This document shows, in pieces, positions 26,665 to 38,900 of a DNA stretch of 64,000 nt; the first letter of the stretch is position 1; the number at the start of each line of letters is the position of its first letter. The DNA is from Oopsacas minuta. Lineage: Eukaryota > Animalia > Porifera. The DNA lies in the NCBI GenBank assembly GCA_024704765.1, contig JAKMXF010000233.1, forward strand, positions 372,001 to 436,000. Direction: 5' to 3'. The notes below the pieces were generated by a model that did no database searches, was not told the origin of the DNA, and saw only the letters and a program-made list of their open reading frames with translations. The position numbers were made by a program, and so were the translations under genes.

Positions 26665-29427
26665 ATGGCTTCTGGTGAATACGAGACAAAGTATGACCCC
26701 AATGCTTTTGAAGCAAAACCTTTCGAAGAAAAAAATTTTGAACAAAAGCCTTTTGAGAGGAAGAGAAAGTCAGGACCTTCCTTTGAAGGTGAACCATCTA
26801 AGCGGGGATTTCCAGGTAAGAATTAATCGAGAGACGTTCATTCAATTTCCACTAAAGGATTTTGATTTTGATATTTCTTGGATTATTTTAACCTTTAACC
26901 TCGATGTGGTAGAGGCGTTTTAAGCATCATATAGTGTAGTTATGGTGGGGCGGATATCCGAGATAAGAATTTTCGGAAGACGGCACTCTGACTTACATTT
27001 TCGCAATTTTGAGCATGTATAACAGACTTAGAGTTTTGGAGATAATTCCATGTAAAGTGGTTGAGTCACAAGAAATAGTGGCATAAATACTTGGGTGTTG
27101 TGTTACGTCATATTAATTGCTGCAACTTATTCACACACGGCCATCTTTATACACTCATTTTAGAGAAAGTACGAGGTATAAAGTTCTTAGTTCCCGATTA
27201 CGCAGCTGGAGCTATCATCGGCAAGAAAGGCATGAACATAACAGAGCATAAAGAGAAGTTCGGTACTCTCGTGAAGATGTCTCCTGGTCGGGAATTCTTC
27301 CCATACACAAATGAGAGAGTTTGTCTAATAATAGGAAATAAAGTAGAGATAGAACAGACGGTAGCTTGCTTCCAGCATCTCATAGCACTGATTAGGAAAG
27401 ATTCTGATGAGTTTGAACGTAAGAGGAAACCTCAAGATGCTGATAGGAAGAATCAGGTGAGAGAGATTAGAATTATATTGATGACAAGGAATTCCATAGG
27501 TTCCCAACTTGTGGTCCATAGACGACAGTATGCGTTCCGCCAGGCTCCATATTACAGGGTCTACAGAATAAGGATTTACACTTTTCCACAAATTGCTAAT
27601 ATACTTTTATGCATCGAAATATTGAACTATATATTCTAAGAAAAATAACAGCTACCTACTATATGTGTATATTGGATAGATAAAACTTCTTCTAACAAAC
27701 AACACAGCAGGCCTCATAATCGGTAAACGAGGAGAGACAATCAAAAGCATTCAAGAACAGACTGAGACTAGAATAATGATCACTCCATTTGATGAAAACC
27801 TCGATGAACGTGTATGTTCTATAGCAGCTGATATATATGAGAATACACTTAAGGCTACAGACCATATCCTAGATAAAGTGATCAAGGATCCAGAAGGCCA
27901 CGTGTCTAGGAACCTTCTCTACAGCGCCGGGGGGTCTTATGACTCTTTCGGAGGACAGAGAGGAGGCTTTGGGGGAGGCTATAGTGGCGGTTATGGGGCT
28001 GATTATGGATACGATTATGGTGAGTATTGATAGCTACGATTATGTCATTAAATGTAATACTGGTATACCTTACTTGACTACACACTTGTCACAAAGATAT
28101 GTTCAGTTAAGTTGAAGAGCCATGACCGTACATTAACCAACGTAAATCTTGTATTTCATATTTTGATGTAGAATGCGATTTGGTTATTTTCTATTTTATG
28201 AATTCTCTCTATTTATACTCAGACAGGAGAGGAGGATACGACAGATATGCACCTAGCAGATAGTAAGCTATAACTGATAATACAATTACAGTATAACCTA
28301 CACACACGGGGTGTCAGGGACGCCGAAAACCTTTCCCGTTTCCCCCATTTGTGGAGCTAGGAATTCGACTATTTTCTTTTCACTCCGTTCCAGAAGTTCT
28401 CCATTTCCACAGGTCCTGTTTGTGGAGGTTGCACTATTCGTATTATTAAGGCCATTTGTAGGGCTTGGGATAACCCTCCCCCCTCATGGGGTAGCACCCT
28501 ATAATCTTAATTACCTATTCTAGCGGAGATCCCAGTGGATATGGCTACAGAGCTGATATGGATCCTTCCAGCAGTCTAGCAGGTACTCTATACGTGCTGG
28601 ATGACAGAGACCCTAGGTGCCTTATCTTAGGGATAATGGAGGATTATGTGGGTGGGATAGTTGGCAGAAATGGAGCTACTATTTCTGAGATACAGTCGGT
28701 ATGTTTTGGAATTTGTATAATTAAATTATAGTCAGACTGGTAGTGCAGCCCAGTCTGTCGAACATTTCTATATACTATTAATTACAAATAATTATGGGTT
28801 CCCTTACCACATTCCTTTATCCTTTATCGTTTCTAAGATTTCACACACACATATCCAGATATCAGACAAGGACGAGTATATCCCTGGGACGCGTGACCGT
28901 AAGCTGACTATAAAAGGAGAAGTAGGGTCTGTGGCTATGGCGTATAACTGTATCTGCAGCAAGGTGAGTTATTAACACCTTAGTTACCATTCTGCAGTCA
29001 GGAATGCAGATTTAAGTAGTATTAAGTCTAGGTTCGTATGCTCAGGATTTAGATGTGAGACAGTTTATTGACAAATTTCCAATTTTTCGCAATTATTTCG
29101 TTGCCATGGTGGAAGCCAGACATTTCGTTCCATATGATGTATTTTTAAATACACCCGCGGACTCCTTATACCAATTTTATACATTTTGGACCCTCCCATA
29201 GACTGCAATACAAATTTGGGATCCTGTAGACCCCCCTGCTGTCCTTCGTAGACCATAAAAAGTTGGCAGAAAAAAATACAAATTTTGGGACAAAATGTCG
29301 GTATCTGGCCATTTATTTGTTAATGAACTGTCCTATTAAATAACTAATAATCATATTTTCGTATATATTCATATTATCTATCATTTGTCATCAGGTGAGC
29401 GAATTTACCGAGAGACACAGGAATTAG
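26665..29427 (+). CDS. NOVA: NOVA/pasilla-family RNA-binding protein with 3 KH domains, paralogue B (tandem duplicate)
   Basis: Exons 26665-26815, 27164-27456, 27680-28019, 28223-28262, 28524-28698, 28838-28963, 29395-29427. Intron positions and phases match paralogue A. GxxG loops are GKKG, GKRG and GRNG. Confidence 0.88.
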
Positions 29428-29841
29428 TCGCATGTCAAGCATTCCACACATCCCGATGGGTAGTTAGGCAACTTAGAAGCTGCTAGGATTCATACGTCTA
29501 TTTTATATAATTCCCTAGTTACATACGAGTACCATTGGTATGTAGACTTCTATTGCATGTATCCATTATTGCTCATTACATATGCTAATTATCAATATTT
29601 GTTATTATATTCCGGCCCATTTTAATCGAGGGAAATATATTTATGTAAGGTAGACTACGCTTAATAGGGCCACATCGGGACCAGGCCATTTGACCCGATT
29701 AACCGGTGATTACAGTATTTATATAATTGCTAATACGTAACACAATGATTAGATAGACAACAAAAATCTAAATGTTGTAAAAATACGAAAATTATCGACA
29801 TATAAATTCTCTAACTATCCGCATTCGGCGGGTTTCCTCTC

Positions 29842-30947
29842 TCACTGCGTCTTAACTTTTTCCGGTGAGAGGTATTTCCTTCTCTGCTTAATCATATGCA
29901 TGTATAACTGTGGGAAACCAGGAATATAGCCGATTAGAATCAATACTAAGAATGTGTATGAATCAAACGACCAGTTGAGGATATTTGGCATTTGGAGAGA
30001 GGTTAAGCTATGCTCCTTGATGGTTGGCAGCGCGCTGAAGATAGAAATAATCTCCCCCAACACTCCGATAGGGTATAGCACGATAAATGTAGTATAGCGT
30101 AGCCATAAGAGTGCGTAAGGTGGTGATTCTGCTCGTGACCACGCGTAGTAGAAGTAGCGAATTATTTCTGTAATCGACCAAGCTATTATGTGTAAGAGAG
30201 GACCGACACTTGTCACGGGGACTGGTACCAGGATTAGCCAGATTATTATGATACGGGAGAGGATTTGCATGAATGTTAGAAAAGCGTTTGATTTTACGAA
30301 ACCTAAAAGAATATGGCATAATCTGATTAAAACGCTAGATGTATCGCGGTTAGAGGGAAGTTCCTATTTTTGGAAATTGGAAATACAGTCAACTCACGGA
30401 ATTTCGAAGCTCAAGGGGCTGCAATAATTACTTAAAGTCATCACGATAAAATGAATGTGTTACTTTGACTGTTTTGGACCATATTTGCACAATTTCCGAC
30501 TTCGATATGAGTGGGTATTTCCATATATCCGCGTTAGATGTAACGGGAATTGAGTGTATAAATGCACTCAACTTGCGTTATATCCAAATATGAGATTGTA
30601 CAAATGAGGCCCCAAACCGTCAAAGTACACATATATCTATCAGTTATATCAAAGTAGTTATCACGGTATCTTCAGCTTAGATATTACGGGAGTTGACTGA
30701 TAAACTTACCTAGCATAATGTGTACAACTTCCAACACAGCTAATGTTTGGAAGAAATTCAGACTAGTAGCTGTACTCTCATATACTCCTGGGAAACTCTT
30801 CCAATCTCCCTGATACATAGCTAGATACAGACACGTATTGAATAGTATAGCTATCCATCCAACAGTCTGTAAACAGTTGTAGAGGATTAGATATAGGTCT
30901 GGTATAGATGCTTCTTTCAAGTGACTCTCGTCTGGTCTACGAGCCAT
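29842..30947 (-). CDS. HACD: Very-long-chain 3-hydroxyacyl-CoA dehydratase (PTPLA/Phs1 family), 232 aa
   Basis: Exons 30947-30710 and 30302-29842 join in frame (699 nt). Motifs FQTLAVLEVVH, WSITEIIRY and LYPIGVLGE. C-terminal KxKxx ER-retrieval signal (KVKTQ). Confidence 0.92.
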
Positions 30948-31570
30948 TATACGTATATATCTAGTAGTTAATGGGCAGTAATAAGGTAAACATGGTCTTC
31001 GCTAGGGGAGAACATGTCAGAGCGTTGATGTCGTTGACTATTGTGGGGGCTGGAGTATCGATTTCCAGCTCTCCACGGCTCAAAATGACGTTTTTGTGTC
31101 AGGTCACGGCGCGAGAGTGGAACAAAATTTTAAGACGTCCATGGCGGTGTTTGGCAACTGTCTCAACTTTACCTGAGATGTTCAAATTTTCGAAAATAAG
31201 TTTGTATGCCAAAACGCTAAAAAGCAGTAATGTTATCCCGCTTTTGGTATTCGAGACATTTCTCTAAAAAGTATTTATGGATAGAACAGACCGCAAGCAA
31301 GGCCTGAGTAGGAGGATGTCATGAAACCCTTCCATAGATGAAAAAAGTTAGGAAATTGCCATAATTAGTAGAAATTTGAATTCGTCCATTATTTCTATGT
31401 ATTTAAGTTACCCATTTACCTAAGCTTATTCCTATTTGTAATCTAATACAGGATATTATAATGGTATAAACTACTAAATCATTATTATTATCATCCTATG
31501 TAGACATTACAGTGGAGTTCCCCATTTAAAAAGTTGTATTATACACCAATTTCCCTTGCTTATACTGGTA

Positions 31571-31639
31571 CAGTAGAACTCGGATAAGACGTACCCCCTC
31601 GGGAAACAGAAATTAGTACGTCTTATCCGAGTTCTACTG
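31571..31639. mobile_element. Minimal 69-bp pogo/Tigger-like MITE
   Basis: Perfect 24-bp TIR CAGTAGAACTCGGATAAGACGTAC with TA on both sides. Confidence 0.85.
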
Positions 31640-32978
31640 TATTTGCTATTAGAGGAACAACACTATATCTCGCTAATTGAAAGGTGTTACAATATATCCA
31701 TGTGTAATTACATAATCAAAATAGTAGTAATGCTAAAATAGGTACTCTCGTTCCTGAACCCAGGGCTTCCTTGCTAAATATTAATTCTACGAATTGAGTA
31801 ATATTTTCACGAAACTGAATCCGTCTTATTTGCTATTAGCAATCACACAACTATTTCTATGAATGGTTTCCCCAATTGAATTAGGTTCAGCTAGTGTTTA
31901 TGATCATATGTATGGTATATAGCACTAATCTATACTGAATTGTAATGTGTAAGCTTGCTTTTTAAGTTCTGAGTATTGGTTTTGGAGTTTTAGATTCGTT
32001 CCTGATCTCTGAAGGTGAGATTTTGATAAAATTGTTTTAAAATTCGCTTTCGCTGGCGTTTTCCAATTTTATTGAATTCAAAATAATTTTACTGAAAAGT
32101 TGATAATTATTGGTTATTAGACTGGTTTAGCGAGCAAAAATATACAATTAAACCTGTGCGGACAGCTTGAATGGATAATTGGAGGCACTAAACATGAGAA
32201 GTTTAACTATTTTGCTGTCGGCACAGATTGTAATTATATATCTCTTAAAGTTTCATATTTATTAGCTGAAGACGGCTTGATGAGTTGTAATTACGACCGT
32301 ATGTACTAGACAGTGATCCGAGCATACCAAACGTTCCGTAACGTTTCCAAGGGGAGGTAGTAAGCAGAGTTTATCGTTTTATCACAAAAGTCTAGCATAG
32401 CTTTGAAGTCCATCTATAATTTAGTAATTTTGAGTAAACACCGTCGACACAGCCTGAGTTACAATGCGATTCCTGCAATCTCTATTAAGCAATGAGAAGA
32501 TTTCTCATCAATCAAATCTATATACTTTGACATATTCCGTACAAACACATCAACTCTTTTCAACTCTTTATTGGACCTGTAGATTATACAATAGAACTCC
32601 ATTAGTGTTGATTGTATGAGGATTCACTACAATCAACAGATAACTCTTCGTTATAAATACAGCTACTTTCCAATTTATCTGTTGGGTTTTGTTCATCAAG
32701 CAATTTGAGGCAGTTTCGCCGACCTCAGAGGGTGCAGGGATGGTCCCGGGTTCTGGTATACACAGAAACCAGGATATTCGAACCCGTCAGGATCCAGGTC
32801 AAAACCTAATCTAATATAATTATAGCGGTAGACCCCATTGGCTAATACCCCCTTCGCCATTTTGTATGAATTGTTGATTTTTGTTGTCATACTTGATTTG
32901 AGAACCATTGTATCGTTACATAGTTATTTCATAAATTAGTAGTATTTAAGTTTTCACACTAGTACTAGTAGCTTTAGA

Positions 32979-35900
32979 ATGGAGCCAGACACAAGTCCAC
33001 ACAATAACAGCAATAAAGACCTTACGTCACAAGAAGCAAAACTACTTGGAACATTTGACACGAATATTATACTCAGAAAAACAGTTTTCCTTCTCACAGA
33101 CAAACGGAAAGTGAATGAAAAGTTAATATTTATAACAAAGAATAGACTATTTGTTCGTTCACATAAAACTCCAACAAAACTGGATATGAGTGTAAATTTA
33201 CTAAGAATTAGAAGTATAACCTGTAAAGACCCGAAACACGTTACTGTTGGTGTTGAAAAAATGTTTGGATCACCCGTTGGAAGCAAAGCGGATGTTGTAG
33301 TGACGAATTTAGATTTTATTGTGGAGACAGTGGACCAGGAGGAATTGGTTGTTGCTTTGTTGACACCTTTAAAGCCACTTGGAATGTGGCATGACAGAAT
33401 TCAACTCACGATTGAACAGAAAGAAAGTAGTATAAAGGTTAGTGATAAATATGTTGTTAAGATAGTTATCCAGTGTAATCAGGGCTGTTTAGGGTACACA
33501 ATCCGCTCATGAATGTATTCAGTGTAACTTTCACGAACGAGGTCCCAGGGACGCCGAACAGGCTGACCGGTTTCTGCCAATTCCCCGATTATGGCGGTTC
33601 ATATGTATCGGAATTTAAATTCGACATTGGTTGTTTTTTTCGTTGCGGTCCCAATTTGTGGAGGTTACACTATATTTAGAAAGTTGATAGAGTGTAGTGT
33701 TAATCTAATAATCCACAGAATATTTAAGGAGTTAGATAAGTTGTAATGTTTATCGTGCTCTCAGTGATGAGAGAATGCTTGTAGCTTGTTATGCCCCTTC
33801 ACACTATCTACTGTTACGATAGAGCATAAATCATCTACTGCTATTCCTGCTACACTAATGAACTCTTCTCTCCCGAATTGAGTTATAATATTTCCTTCAT
33901 TAGAGAATATCTTTACTTTACAAGAGTCTGGATCAAATACGATTATGTTTAGTTGTTGATCTAAACAGAAATAAGAACTACAACCCAGCATATCTTTATG
34001 TATAATCCATCTAGTCATCATGCCTTGCTTAGAGAATGCTTGTATAGGATATTCTGTCTTATTAAGGAGAATATAGAATTCATGTCTAGCTAGTGAGATA
34101 TTATTTATCTCAGTATCCTGTTGTTTGAATTGAGTGTTTAGAGGTATTTCCTTCTCTTCCTTCAATTCAAGAGTTAGGACTAGTAATGTCATTTTGCTAT
34201 ATTCACCAACAAATACATTAGTATTGTCTGTACAAATTCCTGATAGCGAATAATCGGAAAATTTGGAAGATTCTATCTTTAAGGTAGATCTGTTGAATTT
34301 AACTATTATTCGATGACATTGTACAAACACAGAGTTGTATAAGATGAGGATATTCTCAAGATTAATCATTCGTTTATCTTTAATAGATTTAATCCAATCT
34401 CCATTACCAGAGAATACCTGTACTCTGTTTGCTCTATAATCAGTTACATAAACTCTATCATTCATCGAGTCAATAGCAATACCGCATGGACAGTCCAGCT
34501 GATTATCTAGCTTGCCTTCGTCACCACAACTCCACTTGAGTGGAATAGGAATGTGTTCTTCAAAGTTGACAAATTTCTGTTCACAATAACACAGACTATG
34601 TATACTCTCCCTCAACTCGTCTACTTTCCAGTTTAGCTTCAAGAAAGGAATATCGATATTCATTTCTCTTTTTACTGTCTCGATTGCTTCAGGTATTTGA
34701 TCGATAAATCCTGGTAGAGTTGGGGATAAGTCTTTGAAGAGTTTTTCCATTTCTGTTTTCTGTTTGTTAATTGCCTCGATTTTTTTGTTAACTTCGTCTT
34801 TTCGCTTGTTCAACCGTTGATTCGTTTCATCCCAGACAGCCTCCAGTTCCCCGATAATCAGCTGAGCCTTCTCTTCTATCAGCTGTTTCATTTCATCACT
34901 AACCTTCCTCACCAGTGATTTCTTGCTGTCTATAACTTCTCTCAAAATATTCATTCTGTCCTGTAGCTTGTTACTGACAGGTATCAAGCTAACAGGTCCC
35001 ATTACTACATTCTTATCCAATCGTGCTGTTGCCATGTTTTAGCTAGTAAATTAGACATTAAAAATCTAATGTTGTTATTGTTTGTTTGTTTGTTGGTTTG
35101 TTGTCGAATTGATTAAAGAACTGGTACGAGCTATAGATATATGAAATTACTGTGAAAGGTGACAAATACCTTAACTTAACAGATTCTAGTGGTTAATTCA
35201 GTATAATAAAGCTCATTATTTAAAGTTAAGAATTGATTTTGAACTGTCCGCACATATTATTGAGTTAATAATGATAATATTACTAATATATTTTCAATAT
35301 ACTGGAATGAAGCTTGTATTTGGCATTTCGTCGCGTTTTGGTGAGTGTTACGCGAGACAGACCACTCAATATGTCTAAAACACGATGCATTCCGCCAAAG
35401 TTTGGGCAGTTGTCGTAGAATTTATGACAAAGGAAACATCGACATGTGTATTCCTAATCCAGAATTCATATTCACTACCCTTCGTTGTTCTTTTAGTACT
35501 TATCGCGAACTCAGCTTATAAGTATGATATTATTCTCCAAATAGATACATCGTTCGCTCTCTGAGAGTGCTGATCTCTTGTCAACACCCCCCAACCCACC
35601 ATGTGACGGATTCAATTTGGTATACCCCATGCTCTGTGACCTATACGAGGTTCCTGTACACGAGGAAGTACTATGGGACATTGAAAATGCGTATTTCTCC
35701 CGTGGCAGAAAAATGTTATCTCTCTCAGAATTTTCACATTTGCCTTGTAAAGATCTACTTCCTATTTTGGCTGCTCTGGAGTATAATGAGTATTTTATTG
35801 GTCTCAGTCTAGTTGATACTAAACTGAGTAATGAAGGAGTAGAGGTGAGTTTATGATAATACTGGTGATATTTAACGCTATATACAATAAATGTTGGTTA

Positions 35901-38900
35901 TAAGAACACCCTTAGGAGTAGCAATACATATTCTTACAACCGGCATAAATGTACAGGAACATGTGAGAACCGTTTTCCAGAGGATGCTGCTTATAATCGG
36001 CATCCACTGTATATAAGGCTTCGATACGTACTACAATACAGCAGTTCACGACCTGGGTCCACGGACGAGAGCAGGGTGTTCACAGGATCTCAAATTTTGT
36101 ATTGCAGTCTATAGGAGGGGGTCCACCGGTCCATGGTCTAGTGATGAGAAAGGTTGGGGAACACTACTCTATTGTATCAACTATCGAATTAGCGTATTAG
36201 AATTGTTATATTACAAAAACTTACCTTTCAATTCAATCAAAATATATTCAAATCAAATCAGTGTAATTGAATGCAATAATGTATTAGTAGAATTAGAATA
36301 CTATACAAACACACATAAGCAGGGTCATTTATAGTGAATTCCATGTGACTACTATTGTAACTATGTACATAGTGTGTGTCAAGTTACATATACTGGGATA
36401 TATTTAGCACATGTAGATTAATACTCCTGTCATATCGAAGCTCAAGGGGCTGTGATAATTACTTCGATATCACCGATGAAAGATATGTTTCCTTGAAGGT
36501 TTGGGACAATATTTGTACAATCTTTAGACTTCCTTATAAGCGGAAGTTAACTGTATCTTTCATCGGTAATATCGAAGCAATTATCACAGTCCCTTGAGCT
36601 TCGATATAACTGGAATTTACTATAACACTCTCGATAGGTTCTCCAAAAGGTATTACGTCATAACAGTACTCTCACACAACTTACACTAAAGAACATTGGC
36701 CTTAAACCTGAATCAGTTCACAAGCTAATGACACGATCTCTATCCGTTAATAAACGTTCAAGCATAACTCATATCGATCTTAGTGACAACCCGCTTGAAG
36801 ACAAAGGAGTCATTGATGTAGCAAATGCTCTTGAAAAACTATCTAACTTAACAAATGTGATTCTTAAACGGTGTCTAATGACAAGTAAAGGAAGTTTCAT
36901 ACTCACCAATTCTTTGCTGAAGAATACGAATGTTAGAAGCTCACTGGTCGAGCTGTCAATTGGAGAAAACCCGCTATATCAAGGGAACAGTTTGCATGGA
37001 TTTTTGAAGTATCTAGCTTCACCGAATAGTTTAACAAAGCTAGATTTGACTGTATGCGGCATACCGTTAGAATTCTTATGTAACGCTCTGGCTCAGAGCT
37101 CGCTACACACCCTTGAAGAATTATATTTCGCCTGTAACATCAAACTCCCTCAAGGCCACAGATCACATAGTATTAGCTCTCCATATTACAAACACTTTTT
37201 CAGTTCAACTCGTGCGTTAAGGCATATTGATATGTCGAATTGTAAACTACATCCAGACACTATTATTTTGATTCTTGAAGGCTTGAGGGAGAATATCTCA
37301 GGTGTGAAATTGGTCCTAGATTTAAGTAGCAACCTTTTGACACCTCGTATTCAGGAAATCGCGAACTTAATCGGTCAAATTACAGTATTATTTAGTCTAC
37401 GTATGTATAACGTGGGACTTAATGAGCATTATGAGGAAGCGATTACGAAAATGAGTTCAAACTCAAATTTGAAACATTTATATTTGGGAAAGAACTTTCG
37501 GAAAGGTAAATGGTCTGCTGGTGAGGCGTTACAGTTATTCGTTATTAACTCAGAGTTAGAAACTTTATCGCTAAGTGAGTGTAAGCTGAAGGAAGCTATT
37601 CATTTCCTTATTCGATCACTCAAGCAGAATCATACTTTGAAAGTAAGTTTTTTAGAGAATCAGGAATTCTCAAACTCTCATGGGTTATGCCACATTATAG
37701 AATTATGTATCATGAACACACCCAAGGCATCTTGTTGGTTCAGGTTTGGTCAAAATGGACATAGAAGATCAACTAACCATATAATGACGTAAACATCTCT
37801 GTGGCCAAGTTTTGTCATATGAACTAACTTTTCGCCAATTTTTTCTGGGGGAAAATTGGACATGTGACCTTTAATTAGTGTTCCTGGAATTTTGTAGTGA
37901 AACTCCAGAAGTGGGCAATCTCTTAGGAGCGGGCGTAAGACATCAATTATCATGCAAATCTGAGGTGAAACTAGAAGAGCGAGGACGAAATGATAAATAT
38001 TTGGCTCTTTAAAATACCGATTACAAGTTCCACTATATATTGTGTAGGTATTGGACATAACAGGTAATCTAATGGGAGATGGTGGAGCAAGACTGTTAGC
38101 TAAAGTGCTACACATGAACAGTACACTACAAGTATTGAACTATGATCAGAATAATCTCAGTCCTAGCGGATTAGGATATATCTGTAGTGCTCTAACTTCT
38201 AATCATAGTCTCAGAGATATGTCATTTCCGATTCAAGATTTATTCCAGATTAAGTAAGTATTATATGTTTTGTTTTTTCAGGGACTTTTTGTCCATTTAC
38301 TCAAAATTGCAAACATGTAGGTCAGAGTGCCCTCGTCCCGAAAAAAAATCTCTCGGGACAATTCATCCTACCATTAATACAGTCTACTCCTGCTATTTCG
38401 AGCACGGATATATAGAAATACCCGCTTATATCAGAGTCTTAAATGTACAAATATGACCCTAAACCGTCAAATTTACATATATTTCCTGGGTCATATTGAA
38501 GTAATTATCACGGTCCCTTTGAGCAACGATATAACGGAGTTGAACTGTATTTAATACTTCTAGACGTGAGTATGAGAAAGACAAGTACGCCCTGAATAGA
38601 GCAGAACATTATCTACAGAAAATAGAGGAAAGTGTAAAGAGAAATCACTCACAGAGCAAACACTCATTAGAACTGAAATCTCATCAAAACAAATTAGCAG
38701 TTAAACTTGTGTCGATTCGGCATGTTGTTGAACAAACAGCTGGAAAGTTGAAAGGAGTTATAGATAAAACTGAGAGGAGTAGAGAGACACGTCCTGACGT
38801 CAGAGAAGCGAATAATATCCTGGTATGTCTATGTACAGTGGAAACTCGTTAATACGAACAAAAATATACACATAAGCAGGTGTCTACAGTGTTTATTCAA

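Noticed and set aside
30303-30709. MITE-filled introns as introner-type elements that create introns
   Set aside because: Splice sites lie in host sequence outside the TIRs. The HACD and GPCR introns have ordinary GTAAGT and YAG ends, so these are insertions into existing introns.
36376-36597. ORFs over MITE copies (also 16367-16567, 48686-48889, 51069-51374, 53958-54164, 61063-61524)
   Set aside because: They read through dispersed non-coding repeats and show no domain signal.
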